64,000 nucleotides of DNA from Octopus sinensis. Lineage: Eukaryota. Positions 1-12,580 of this stretch are shown in pieces (positions within the stretch are counted from its first letter, which is position 1; each line of letters opens with the position of its first letter). The notes below the pieces were generated by a model that worked only from the letters and a program-made list of their open reading frames with translations, ran no database searches and was not told the DNA's origin. Location of the stretch: contig NC_043014.1 of the NCBI RefSeq assembly GCF_006345805.1, positions 29,016,001 through 29,080,000 of the forward strand. Reading direction: 5' to 3'. A program made the translations under genes and the position numbers.

Positions 1-95
1 CCAAGACAAGACATATCGGTGTGTGTGCGTGTGTGTGCGTGTGTGTGTGTGTTTGTGTATGTGTGTGTATGTGTGTGTGTTATTAACTCATATAA

Positions 96-422
96 CTAGC
101 CCTCCGTCGGTTGCGGCGGCGAAGGTTTCAGTTGATCCATTCAACAGTACAGCTTGCTCGTGAAATTAACGTACAAGTGGTTGAGCACGCCACAGACACG
201 CGTAACCATTTAATTAGTTCTCAGGGAGATACAAGGTAGCACAGAATGTGACAAGGTTGGCCCTTTGAAATACATGTACAACTTATTTTTGCCAGCTGAG
301 TGGACTGGAGTAATGTGACATAAAGTATCTTACTCAAGGACATAGCGCGTCGCCGGGTAATTGAACTCAGGACTTTACGTTAATGAGCTGAATGCCTCTA
401 ACCACTAAGCCATGCGCCTTCC
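96..422 (-). mobile_element. tRNA-derived SINE, family D, tail 1 (tRNA head + CORE-like domain)
   Basis: Minus strand begins GGAAGGCGCATGGCTTAGTGGTTAGAG (A box) ... GAGTTCAATT (B box), then GTCCTTGAGTAAGATACTTTATGTCAC...CTCCAGTCCACTCAGCTG. Head and core match 38768-39080. Confidence 0.75.
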
Positions 423-480
423 ATTCATACATTAACGTATACATTTTTGTACACAAGCACACACACGATGTATATAGAAA

Positions 481-541
<61 letters not shown>

Positions 542-1149
542 TGGATGTCTTCCTTTACAGAAATATCACGGAACATTTACCAAATTATGCTATAGTGTTA
601 TCTTCGTATTTTAATAAAGACATTTTATTTGTTTAAACGATGATGGTTGTGAAGGAATCCTGTGAGAGAAAAATGTTTACTGTCTCCATGGAAAATTGAC
701 ACCGCCAGTCAATGAGCTGTTACTAAATGTGTTGATATGGAAGATCATACAACCTGTAAAGAGATCTCATGGTATAGAGCATTGCGTTAATAGATAGGTG
801 GAGCACTATTTGTTAACGTCCTTACAGTTTGTGTTATTTAGTATCATCCCCATGTGGTGCTGGTCAAATATATGTTTTAAAATATCCAGTTTAAAGTTAA
901 GCTTATCCAATAAACAAATATTATGAGATTATTCCACAATACAAAAGATATGGAGTCTGTTTTGATCTTATTTTATTAATTGTATATTTTTTAAAATGTA
1001 GTGAAGATATACAAGACCATAATAATGGTAAATATTTATCACAGTAAGGTATTTTAACATGTTGCTATTGATAGGTTCTTACACTATGGTAGTGGTATGT
1101 ATATGTGTGTGTGTGTGTGTGGTGTGTGTGTGGTGTGTGTGTGTGTGCA

Positions 1150-1640
1150 AACATCTTGAGTTTGCCAACGTTTACTCGATCGCTACAACAACGAGGGCAA
1201 AGAAATTTTGAGCAGTATAGTCACAGAAGATGAAACATGGGCCCATCATTATGAGATAGAATCCAAAGGAGAGAGTATGAAGTAAAACATCCCGGCTCGG
1301 CGGCGACGAAGAAATTCAAGACTAAATCTTCCGCGGGAAATGTAATGCTAACTCTTTTTGGGGACTTAAAAGGGTGTATATTGGAAGGCTACCTCGAAAA
1401 GTGGTGTAGGATCAACAGTGCAAGATATAGTTCTTTGTTGGCCAACAAACTGAAGCCAGCAATGCGTACCAAATGCCGAAGCCCATTGTCGAACAAAGTT
1501 TTGTTGTTGCATGACAATGCACACCCACACATAGCTGCCCAGACCGTTGAAACCTTTAACAAATTGGGTTTCGAGGTGCTGGTAAAACATGCCTACAGAG
1601 CAGACCGCTGGACCAAGTGCATCGAAAAGGAAAGAGACAG
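1150..1640 (+). mobile_element. Mariner (DD34D) transposase remnant, internally deleted
   Basis: Translates as IVTEDETWAHHYE...KKFKTKSSAGNVMLTLFGD...VLLLHDNAHPH...GFEVL, then jumps to DRWTKCIEKE. The YSPDLAP segment is missing and there are stops/frameshifts. Confidence 0.9.
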
Positions 1641-2320
1641 AACTGATTTATCACTGACTGGATAATCAAATACTGGTGTCGATTTGTTCGGCTAATTCCT
1701 CCAAGGCTGCAATCCAAAGACTGCGACTAGTAAAAGGAAGTAAAAAAATTATTTCTCTGATATAAATACTATATTTAATGTAAAATTCATTCTTGAACAA
1801 CAGTTTCTGTCGAGAAATTCTGGGATGACACAATACTGAGTACTCTATATTCTGATGTTTATGTATAATTTGTATTGTATAAATTAATAACATTTCTTGA
1901 GACATTATTTGGTATGAATAACAATAAATTGGTAGATATTTTTTATATAAAGCAAATTATTTTGAGGAGATTAATATATTGAAAAGGTTATGTTGTTTAG
2001 CGATTTTATGGAATAATCGAACCCTTTTAAATGAAACTTTATATACTTGATAAAGACATTTTACGGGACCAAATATACCGATAGAATAATGTTTGAGCTT
2101 GTACAGTCTTCTGTTTAAAAAAATTCATTGTATTTGTGCTAAAAGTTGCTGCATTTGAGGTAAATACAGAAGCAAAAGTTAAACAGTTTCATCTGTGAAC
2201 CAATGCAAAAGTATAGACAAAGGTTAGAAGAGTTTACATCAGCTTCTATCTGAATACAGCGCCAATCATCCAACTATGGTATATGAATTCAAAACAGACA
2301 CGTCAAAACTGCTGCACTAT

Positions 2321-2709
2321 AGGTGTGGCTGTGTGGTAAGAAGCTTGCTTTTCAGCCACATGGTTCTGGGGTCAATCCCACTGCGTGACATCTTGAGCAA
2401 GTGTCTTCTACTAAAACCTCGGGCCTACCAAAGCTTTGTAAGGGGATTTGATAGACGGAAACTGAAAGAAGCTCGTCGTACATACGTGTGTGACGGAAAC
2501 TGAAAGTAGCTCGTTGTATATACGTGTGTGTGTGTGTGTGTGTGTGTGTCTTTGTGTTTGTCCCCCATCCTCATTTGACAACCGGTGTTGGTGTGTTTAC
2601 GTCCCCACAACTTAGTGGTTCGGCAAAAGAGGCCGATGGAATAAGTACTAGGCTTAAGAAATAAGTCCCTGGGTCGATTTATTCTACTAAAACCTTCCAA
2701 GGCGGTGCT
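2321..2709 (+). mobile_element. SINE family A with internal ~38-bp duplication
   Basis: Head GGTGTGGCTGTGTGGTAAGAAGCTTGCT..., CORE-like CTTGAGCAAGTGTCTT, GACGGAAACTGAAAG present twice, internal (TG)n. Confidence 0.85.
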
Positions 2710-3067
2710 TTACAGCGAAATTAAAAATGAATGCACTGAAGACGTTGGAGTTATTCAACCAAATATTTAAAAAGATGCTTACCTGTGCATTTGGTTACAC
2801 TCGAGAACAGTTTGAGGATTTTTTTTGTTGAACAGTATTGTGGAGTGCTCGAAATCAACCTAACCAGTAACCATTCACGTTATATTTCTTTTAAATGTTT
2901 TACTGTGCATCTTATAGTACGTTTTTATATGATTCCGTGCAAATATGTATATGTGCGTATTTGTATGTAAATGTAATTTACAAAACGTTTCAAAATAGCA
3001 ATACGTCATTCGTTATATTGGTTTCTGGACGTTGATGATCCCAAACATCTTATAATCCGTACTAATT

Positions 3068-3187
3068 TGCGGCTATGCTGGAGCCTTTAGTCGAACATTT
3101 TGAAGCCAGGATTTATTCTTTGTAAGCCTAGTACTTCTATTGGTCTATTTTGCCGAACCGCTAAGTTACGGGGACGTAAACACACCA

Positions 3188-3265
<78 letters not shown>

Positions 3266-3436
3266 GACAGGCTTCTTTCAGTTTCCGTCTAGCAAATCCA
3301 CTCACAAGGCTTTGGTCGGCTGGTCGGCCCGAGGTTATGGTAGAAGACACTTGCTCAAGGTGTCACGCAGTGGAACTGAACCCGGAACCATGTCGTTGGG
3401 AAGCAAACTTCTTACCACACAGCCACACTTGCGCCT
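3068..3436 (-). mobile_element. SINE family A
   Basis: Same modules as the other A copies, with internal (CA)n(TA)n; head ends ...CACAGCCACACTTGCGCCT. Confidence 0.85.
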
Positions 3437-3544
3437 GTAATATTTGTTCAATTTACAGTGTGATCACTTCCTGAACGGAAGAAATAAGTAATCGAAAATG
3501 GATTTTGAGCCACAGGTTCCGGAAAACCGATATTCCACTCGTAC

Positions 3545-3760
3545 ATGTTCTGTGAAAACACGAATTCATTTCGCGGGATGTTTAGATCAGAAGGGATAGA
3601 GATATATATCAAAGAACATACATTTCTGTTTATGCCATTGACAATTATATCTGAAAAATTTGCATTGATCCCCATGTCAGTTTTAACAGACGTAGACCTT
3701 ATTATCTCAATGAAATGATTTTCACATACTGTTTTGTAATTGCTTATAATTTTATAGTTT
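3545..3760 (-). mobile_element. Very old R4/Dong REL-endonuclease remnant
   Basis: KTVCENHFIEIIRSTSVKTDMGINANFSDIIVNGINRNVCSLIYISIPSDLNIPRNEF aligns by eye with ILWDFSVNTDRKIQANxPDI...LLIDVSVPTDKNISVKEF of the element at 56040-56190. Confidence 0.55.
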
Positions 3761-4044
3761 CCACCGCTAAGTGTTGGCATATTACCCACTAAATATAGCT
3801 TCTGACTCAATATTTTCAGTAGATACATATCTGGTATATCTCTGTTGATCTTTATTATATTCCCTCTAGTAATAGTTTCTATTATTCATTACAGCCGTAT
3901 AGACTTTTCATTATCTAATATATCTTTATTGTTTTTTGAACTCGCACTCGATGTAGATTCCCCCACGAGGTTTTTGTTGTTTCATTTTTTTTTTTAGTTT
4001 TATAAATTTTCTTTGCGTTCTTGCAACTCATAGAATTGGTATTA

Positions 4045-4131
4045 ATATTATTATTATTATCATTATTATTATTATTATTATTTATTATTATTATTATTAT
4101 TATTATCATGATCATCATCATCATCATCATC

Positions 4132-4181
<50 letters not shown>

Positions 4182-4219
4182 CATGATCATCATGATCATC
4201 ATCATTATCATTATCATCA

Positions 4220-4261
<42 letters not shown>

Positions 4262-4272
4262 TATTATTATTT
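4045..4272. repeat. Compound (ATT)n/(ATC)n microsatellite
   Basis: Directly visible. Confidence 0.95.
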
Positions 4273-4959
4273 TGTGGTGGTGTCAGAGCCACGCGTCGCT
4301 TCTAGCCTGTCGTGAGTTTTGTTTTATTTACACATTCTTTCAAAGATGTACGTTCATAAATTTCTGCTTTTTATGTATTACATAAAGTCCGAAAGGTTGT
4401 GAGCAACTGCTCAACTCTGTTGCACTTTTACCTTTCGAGGCGGAAATTGTGAACAAGCACGAAGAAAGAATATCTGTCTTTGTAGTTGTCCATGTTTTCT
4501 TTGATATTGTAGGTAACCCACTCTGTTGTGGTCGGTCATTTTAGCTCATCTTATTGATTGACTTTGTCGCAAACTTTCTCTTTTCCTTTGTCTATGTTCT
4601 TTCTTGTCCTTTGCTTGCATTGTCTCATTCTTTATTTAGTTGCTACAAACCTTCGATTTTGTTCCATAGTGAATATTGATTAAATGAGAAGTGCGAATAA
4701 TATATAATAAATCATAAGGAACCTGCATCCTTTCCTTGCTGTGTTATCTGTGTTATCATTAAAGTGAAGTATTTACCGTATCAAAAGTGAAGGTGAGAGT
4801 ATTTTCCTAGAAAATACAGTTATTAATAAGGGAGTATTTCGCAGAAAATGAATTTATAAAGAAGCGAAAGTATTCACTAACGTTAGTATTGTAAATTATG
4901 CATAGCAGAGTGCTGGCTAAATAAACCTTTCTAGTAAGGGCATCGAGATCTCTTACCTG

Positions 4960-5990
4960 ATGCAACCAGTCTTCGAGGTGCCATTCTAGATACTTTCGTA
5001 GTCAGCTGTTGCCACTCTTTGATGTTGTCAAACTAGGAGTTTCTCTTTCCACCTCACTTTCGGCCTACCTCAACTGTGACATGAAGAATGGTCTTGTTCA
5101 GGGTGTTGTGATGGAGTACATAACCATACCAGACAAGATTTCGTCTTTTTCACCTACGCAAGAAGTGGTTCCCGTCTGCCGGCCTGACAAAGCTTATTTC
5201 TGGACTGCTTACAAGGGGGTACATACAGAAGGGACACACAAGGACAGGCAAACAGATTAAGTCGATTATATCGACCCCAGTGCGTACTGGTACTTCGACC
5301 CCGAAAGGATGAAAGGCAAAGTCGATCTCGGCGGAATTTGAAATCAGAACGTAAAGACAGACGAAATACCTATTTCTTTACTACCCACAAGGGGCTACAC
5401 AGAGAGGGGACAAACAAGGACAAACAAACGGATTAAGTCGATTATATCAACCCCAGTGCGTAACTGGTACTTATTTAATCGACCCCGAAGGATGAACGTC
5501 AAAGTCGACCTCGGCGGAATTTGGACTCAGAACCTAGCGGCAGACGAAATAACGCTAAGCATTTCGCCCCGGCGTTCTAACGTTTCTGCCAGCTCGCCAC
5601 CTTAAAGCTCACCAGCCTGACAAAACTGTTCGTTTTGTGCTCTGTGTACAGGATGAGGAGCAGCCTTCTGAAGCACTTGTGCTCAAATACTTAGATTCTT
5701 CGCTCCATATCAGCTGTAAATGTCCAGGTCTCACAACCATAGAGAAGGACTGACGTCACAAGGGTCTTATAAATCCTTCTTAGAATCTTGTTGGAATACT
5801 AATAGAATTACTTTTCCTTACAGTGTTTAGCCTCCTCATGACAGCATGAGGCTAAACTGAGTCTTGTTATTTCCTTTTGAGATCTGCCATACTCTCATTT
5901 ACCATTAAAGATCTGGCTCTTTTCTGGGCTACTCTCCAACTTGCATGCTCCTGATACTATTTCCAGTCCCCTATGAACACAATGCCTGAC
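4960..5990 (-). mobile_element. RTE-clade LINE 3' remnant, interrupted by a SINE B dimer
   Basis: Minus translation IYKTLVTSVLLYGCETWTFTADMERRI*VFEHKCFRRLL (5650-5780) continues past the SINE as EPLLA*VKRRNLVWYGYV...KTILHVTVEVGR...FDNIKEW (5010-5175); typical RTE C-terminal region. Confidence 0.85.
5195..5603 (-). mobile_element. SINE family B1 tandem dimer (full copy + head-truncated copy)
   Basis: Head GGTGGCGAGCTGGCAGAAACGTTAG, Meta/MESC-like GACTTTGCCTTTCATCCTTTCGGGGTCGA; units 5371-5603 and 5195-5370; flanking AAAGCT at 5189-5194 and 5604-5609. Confidence 0.85.
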
Positions 5991-6007
5991 ATTTTAGGAG
6001 ACGGGAT

Positions 6008-6382
6008 ACTCTTTTACTCTTTTACTTGTTTCAGTCATGTGAATGTGGCCATACTGGAGCACCGCCTTCAGTCGAGAAAATCGACCCATGGACTTATTCT
6101 CTGTAAGCCTAGTACTTATCCTATCGGTCTCTTTTGCCGAACCGCTAAGTTACGGGGACGTAAACACACCACCATCGGTTGTCAAGCGATGTTGGGGTAA
6201 CAAACACAGACACACAAACATATACACACACATACATATATATACATATATACGACGACTTCTTTCAGTTTCCGTCTACCAAATCCACTCACAAGGCTTT
6301 GGTTGGCCCGAGGCTACGCAGTGGGACTGAACCCGGAACCATGAGTTTGGTAAGCAAGCTACTTACCACACAGCCACTCCTA
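6008..6382 (-). mobile_element. SINE family A
   Basis: Tail TCTTTTACTCTTTTACTTGTTTCAGTCA through head CACAGCCACTCCT. Confidence 0.9.
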
Positions 6383-6699
6383 CGTGTTCAACTGGTATTT
6401 ATTTCAGCGACACCGAAACAATGAAAGGCATAAATAATTTCGCGGAATTTGAACTCAAGATGTAAAGATGGACAATATGTTGCTAAATATTTTTCCGGCA
6501 TGTTAACAGTTCTTCCGACTTGTGTCGGCTAAATGATAAAAAGCAGCCAATGTGACGAAAGCTTATTAAATTACTGTTGAATTCTCAAAAAGGAGAAATA
6601 AATAATGAGACATCAATGCTCATCCCAAACAACCCATTCCATCGATTTTCTGCAACGTTATACACTTTTTAATGATGGATTTGTACAATTATCGAAATC

Positions 6700-6773
6700 T
6701 ATGGTGATGGTGGTGGTGGTAGTGGTGGTGGTGGTGGTGGTGGTGGTGGTGGTGGTAGTAGTAGTAGTAGTAT

Positions 6774-6862
<89 letters not shown>

Positions 6863-6872
6863 AGACGACGAG
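6700..6872. repeat. Compound (GGT)n/(AGT)n microsatellite
   Basis: Directly visible. Confidence 0.95.
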
Positions 6873-6874
6873 TT

Positions 6875-7060
6875 GATAGAATCGGATGAAACTCTTGGTA
6901 GCATTTCGTCGGACTTTACGTTCTGAATTCAATTTCCGCAGAGGTCAACTTTGCTTTTCATCTTCTCTGGGTCGAAGAAATAAGTGCCAGTGGATCACTG
7001 GGATCGATGTAATGGACTTAGCCTAAATTGCTGAACGTATGCCTAAATATGAAACCAATA
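6875..7060 (+). mobile_element. Degraded SINE family B2
   Basis: TACGTTCTGAATTCAATTTCCGCAGAGGTCAACTTTGCTTTTCATC..., with the B2-type tail running into ATTATT. Confidence 0.7.
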
Positions 7061-7075
7061 TTATTATCCTTATTA

Positions 7076-7346
7076 TTGAGTGAATTATTCAAACCCCAAA
7101 AAATCCTTTCAATACATGGCTATGATGCTCTTCCACTACTTCTGCTCGTGATCAGAGATGCACATATCGTCAGCTACTAAAAGACATGCTCAACTGTTTA
7201 TAGTCAAGCAATAACAAGCAAATATGCGGTATTGAGCAGAATATTTGCTGTAGCCCATCTTTTTTACCAAGAGAAAACAATGTACATGATAACACTTCCA
7301 ATCAGTTAAGATCAGAAACCATGAGAGCCACTGCCTGTATCAGGGC

Positions 7347-7347
<1 letters not shown>
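7076..7347. mobile_element. Family C element, internally deleted
   Basis: Both ends present (TTGAGTGA ... CAGGGCA) but ~275 bp missing relative to 31804-32357. Confidence 0.8.
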
Positions 7348-7393
<46 letters not shown>

Positions 7394-7403
7394 TATTATT
7401 ATT

Positions 7404-7434
<31 letters not shown>

Positions 7435-7519
7435 ACATCATCATCATCATCATCATCATTATTATTATTATCATTATTATTATTATTATTATCATTATTA
7501 TTATTATTATTCATTTATT

Positions 7520-9140
7520 TTTAATTTGCATGTTTGTTACAGTCATGTACCTTACAGTCACTTACCGTGACACACCTAGCATCCTGGGGCGAGTGAAAGA
7601 CAAGACATGTTACATTATGACTGAAAGCTTGGGAAAGATAAATAGCCAAATATTTTCATGTAATACAACACAGACTTACAAATGGGTTGGGGTTTTTTCT
7701 AACGACGTGGGCAGTATTCTTTTGGATTTCTCTATTAATCTACGAGCATTTTTTCCTCGTCTTTAATAATTATGTCTGGTCGATTAGCCTGTCGGTGTTG
7801 ACTAGAAAATCTCAGAGAATAGTGACATTTTAACTTGCAGCCACTGGCTCAGGATGATGTTCATACCAGTAAGCAGGATTGCTGATTTTTTGTGTTTGCA
7901 TATTTTCCAATGCAAATACTGTCCCACCCTATCGTAGTGATTTTTGTATTCATTTGGTGTCAGCACTGGACATCCCGAAACGAGATGGTCTTATGTGTCG
8001 TCAAATGTGTCGCAGAATCTGCATTTAGGGTAAAAACCGTTTTGAAGAACGTTAGCCTGGTAGTTTTTTGTGAACAAGTTTTGATCTTGTGCCGTCAATA
8101 TGAAATCTACAGTCTCTTCTTTCAGTACTGAACTTCTCAGCCACTGAAGGGTTGTTGCTTGATCTATTATACATCAACATTTCAACTTCGAAGTATATAC
8201 TGTCCATGCAGAGGCTTCTGGCTCCATCGCTCTTCAATTTTTTTTTCTGCCCGTTCTTTTCTGCAGTCTGCTTGATCCATTTTGCTTCTTTTGTGGAAAT
8301 GGTTTCATATTCTTCAACTATTTCAGGGCTAATGCCAAGTTCACTTGCGAATTTGCAAGCTTCTGTGACATTAGACTATGGCGTTTTGCTGCTTTCGTGT
8401 TTGCACACAAGTCGCAGTGTCAAGTCCTCTTTACTAGGTAAATACTTGTTCATTACTACTGTGGAGGTCTTATAGCACAGTTCTACCTGCATCATACCTT
8501 TTCCCTCATTACTTCTAGGACAGACGATCAGCATCTACTTTTGGGTGGTGCATGTTCTTCGAAGTTAGTAGTTTTCTTGTCTTCCTGTCCAGACATTGAA
8601 GCTCTGTAAGATTCCAGTTAATGATGTTAAATCTATATTGGACCACTGGAAGTGCCAGGGTGTTACTGGCTTCGATGCGATTTTTTGAGTGGAGCTCAGT
8701 TTTCAGGATGAGTTTTATTCTCCTCCTCGGGTGGTAATTGTCCTGATACGTGTTGTATACCATCTCTTTTGTTTATCCCCAGGTATTTGTAATTTTCTTG
8801 TGAGTCAAGCTCCTTGATGGTAGTGTCGGTATCTACTTTAATGGAAGCTGTTTGTATGAGCTTGCCTCTTACAAAATTTGCTTTTGCACATTTATCAAGG
8901 CCCAAGTCCATCTCATTACTGAATTCTTTAACAGTTGCCTGTCGTCATTTCTTGTAAGCAACTTCAAATCGTCCATCTAAAACAGATGGTTTATCGTATT
9001 GTAAACTTTGAACTCATACCTGGTGTTATTTAGTTCGTTTCAGAGTGGAATCAATACCATGCAAAAGAGTAATGAGGAGAGGGTGTCACCTTGAAAGATG
9101 CATAGTTTGATGTTGACGTTGTGAGTTTGGCTCATCCCAT
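7520..9140 (-). mobile_element. R4/Dong-type non-LTR retrotransposon remnant (family Dong-1), 5'-truncated
   Basis: IFQGDTLSSLLFCMVLIPL, INHLF*MDDLK-like motif, LGLDKCAK, YKYLGI, NTLALPVVQY, DRKTRKLLT...HHPK, ANRPDIIIKD. The 3' UTR matches 56330-56512 and runs into (TAA)n on its own strand. Confidence 0.9.
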
Positions 9141-9273
9141 TACAATGGTTTATTATTATTATTATTGTTGTTGTTGTTGTTGTTGTTGTTATTACTATTT
9201 GCAAAGAATGTGACAGGAGTGATTCTGAAGGACTAGTCTTTCGTGATACAACGTTACTCATAACAAGCAATGC

Positions 9274-9403
<130 letters not shown>

Positions 9404-9818
9404 ATGTGTATGTGCCATCGAAACTTACAATGTATGTGCCTCAGAATTCAATGCCGTGTGGTTTAAAATTTACGGGCATTTAACTGTACTTCGCAAGGTT
9501 ATGTTTTCGCATCAAAATGATAAGTGTAGTGGTTCATAAGGCTGAGTGCACGAAACGTCTAGCTCTTTTGCTTACATAAAAGAAATACATTTGTCTCCAC
9601 ACCGTGTGTTTATTTAACATTGTACGTTTTGAGCCAAAACAAACAAAAGAGAATATATTTACGCTTATATATTTTCAGTGCATATTTTCTTTTCTATTTA
9701 TTTCAGATACAAAATGTTCAGTACTTTAAAGTTATTTCAAGTATATGCACGGATATACTTGCAAAACACAATGAACACAAATACCAATATTTAAATATAT
9801 ATATATATATTATATATG

Positions 9819-9980
9819 TACTTTTTTTAAAAGCAACAGAAATATAACAAATTTGTTACTCAGAGTTTCACGTTCCCGCTCGTAACAGCTTTTGTTATAT
9901 TTCTGCTGCCTTTAAATAAAGCATATTACTCTACCTCTGGTAGTTGAGTACTCTTTTTTCCACATTTATGTGCTTACTCC

Positions 9981-9984
<4 letters not shown>
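9819..9984. mobile_element. Short element with ~41-bp inverted arms around a partial hammerhead (Penelope-like)
   Basis: Arms 9819-9859 and 9882-9923; the minus strand reads ACGA-GCG GGAA CGT-GAAAC TC T GA GTA ACA. A fragment of the same end lies at ~21020-21050. Confidence 0.55.
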
Positions 9985-10041
<57 letters not shown>

Positions 10042-10142
10042 TATCTTTCTCTCTCTCTCTCTCTCTCTATCTGTCTGTCTATCTATCTCTATACACACAT
10101 ACACAAACACACATACACACACTTATATATCAGTTATCCAAG

Positions 10143-10188
10143 ACGCATAACAGTGTTTCGATTGCTAACTCAATCTCATCAGTAGACG
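10143..10188 (-). ncRNA. Degenerate minimal hammerhead ribozyme
   Basis: CGTCTA-CTGATGA-GATTG AGTTAG CAATC-GAAAC ACT GTT ATGCG. Core and stem II are perfect; stem I is out of register by 1 nt. Confidence 0.55.
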
Positions 10189-10550
10189 AAAGAGATGTAT
10201 ACAAACAAGAGATTAGATTTTAAACCGGTTGCGAACCTTCTATATTAAACACATTGTACATGAGTTATGTACGTCTGCCACATGTTGCCGAAGAGATTCA
10301 ATTATCCAAAAGTAACTACAATGTTCATAACAGCCGCCGTATTACCTCAGTGCTGATACATTGGTATAGCCGAAATCTGTATTTAACATCTGCTCTATGT
10401 ACACTACATTTTTCTTCACTGACAGTAACCCCAACGCAATGCAGTATTTGATTGAATAGATATTGTAATGCACCGAGCCAATTTCCTGGCAAGCTTGGAG
10501 GTGTCCCGGATTTCTGAATTCTCCAGCTTTCTTGAAACAGTCTAAATATA

Positions 10551-10880
10551 TCTTTTATCTTTTACTTGTTTCAGTCATTAAAGTGTGGCCATACTGTGGC
10601 ACTGCCTTGAAGGTTTTTTAAGCGCAGTCTCTATCGGTCACTTTTTGCCGAACCGGAGACGCAAACACAGCAACATGGGTTATCAAGCGGTGGAGGAGGA
10701 CAAACACTGATATAAAGACACACACACAAATAGGTATATATATGTGGGGGGGGGTGGCTTTTTTCAGTTTCCGTCTACTAAATCCACTTACAAGACTTTG
10801 GTTGGCCAGAGGCTATAATAGATAATACTAGCCCAATATGCCACACAGAACCATGTGTTGGGGAAGGAAACTTCTTGCCA
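10551..10880 (-). mobile_element. SINE family A (diverged)
   Basis: Tail TTTTACTTGTTTCAGTCA to head GCCTGCGCCT, with internal deletions. Confidence 0.8.
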
Positions 10881-11938
10881 CACAGCTACGCCTGCGCCTA
10901 CTTAAAATATATAATAAAGTATGAAAAGTGAAAGGGTATTTAACAGATTCAAATTAGAGTCTATCTAATATTTACTAGCCCATTTAAGATTCTTAAAATA
11001 TATTACACTCTAGCATGTATACACTATAATACTTAAAGTGTGAAAATGAAAGTAAAAGCTATTTTATTAAAAGATACAGGTGCTATCTAGCACTAATCTA
11101 AAGCAGAGTATGTTTAATCATTATCAATCATCTTTTAAAGTAAGGAACAAAACTATTTGGGAACTCATCTTATGCAAATTAACTAACATCAGAAACAAGA
11201 TGTGTTTACTTCACATAGAGTACACTATATTGTATGCTATTTCATAATATTTCCGTATTTCTGGCAGCCGGATAAGAGGTCTGGTATTGTATGAATATTT
11301 GTAAAATGCAGTTTATTTTGCGAATATATCCTCGTATTTATATTAGATTGTATTATTTTTTTTTTTACTTATTTCACTGTATTGAACCCTATGTCAATTA
11401 CATCAATATATATGGAAGATACATTGAAAAATACGTGTATTAAGCTCATAGTTTTTTAAACTGGTGAAGTATTCTACGTTACATATAGATATTATACTCA
11501 AGTTGTGTGTTTATTGTGTAATCCATGCTTGTGTTCGACAGATTAAATTGCAAGTTACATCATTGGTAGATAAAACAACAACTTTATTATCAGTTTACTA
11601 TTATCATAAAACAGCCAAAAGCTTTATGTGAAAGATTTCTTTCCTTTATTAATGAGTTACAGTTTGCAATAAAAATAAAGCTCCATTGCAGGGGTAAATT
11701 ATTATTTACCTTAATATTAATATTCGTACTTCTTAATGTATTTTGCGTTTATATTTGTGCTTATGTATGAGTGTATATTTATAACAAGCTAAAGGCATTA
11801 CTGAGAGCGAGTCCGTTCACGGATCCATTGATTATTAATTGCTGAACTCAGATCTCTCGAGGCGTACTCTGTGCGCATGCGTAAAAGTTCCGAACATATT
11901 TGGATGACGGTTACGTTGGTTCGCCGTAAATTGCAGTA

Positions 11939-11979
<41 letters not shown>

Positions 11980-12023
11980 TGTGGTTTGGGATAATGAAAA
12001 TGTTCTGGTTTGCGTTCGATTCT

Positions 12024-12255
12024 AGGCGGCGAGCTGGCAGAGACGTTAGCACGCCGGGCGAAGTGCTTCGCGGTATTTCGCCCGTCGCTACGTTCTGAGT
12101 TCAAATTCCGCCGAGGTCGACTTTGCCTTTCATCCTTTCGGGGTCGATAAATTAAGTACCAGTTACGCACTGGGGCCGATGTAATCGACTTAATCCGTTT
12201 GTCTGTCCTTGTTTGTCCCCTCTATGTTTAGCCCCTTGAGGGTAGTAAAGAAACA
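12024..12255 (+). mobile_element. SINE family B1, full length
   Basis: AGGCGGCGAGCTGGCAGAGACGTTAGC...GAGTTCAAATTCC...GCCTTTCATCCTTTCGGGGTCGATAAATTAAGTACCAG...GGGTAGTAAAGAAA. Confidence 0.9.
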
Positions 12256-12580
12256 TATATATGTGAGATGTGTGCAGAAAGCAAGGGAAAAGAACCCAAA
12301 ACAAACAGATAAACAAAGGAATGAAAGACCGAAGCTGAACACGTGAAATGAAAGATTTCACCGTAGAAACCATTCGCTCCTCATAAGTATATTCAGTCTG
12401 TCCAACACCTGTACTGAGCTCCTCGATTGAGCTATGGTCTTTCCACTTCCACACTGAGCATATTTAATGAATATGCGTTTATGAGCGTGTGTGTGCGAGC
12501 ATGTGTGTACTGTGTGTGTGTCTGCATGTGTGTATGTGCTTGTATGTATGTATGTGTGTATATACATTCATAATTATATA

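Noticed and set aside
2734-2775. Hammerhead-like CTGAAGA-CGTTGG..TCAAC-CAAA
   Set aside because: Lacks G12, stem III and stem I.
3448-3828. 126-aa ORF as a host gene
   Set aside because: Better explained as a decayed Dong REL domain.
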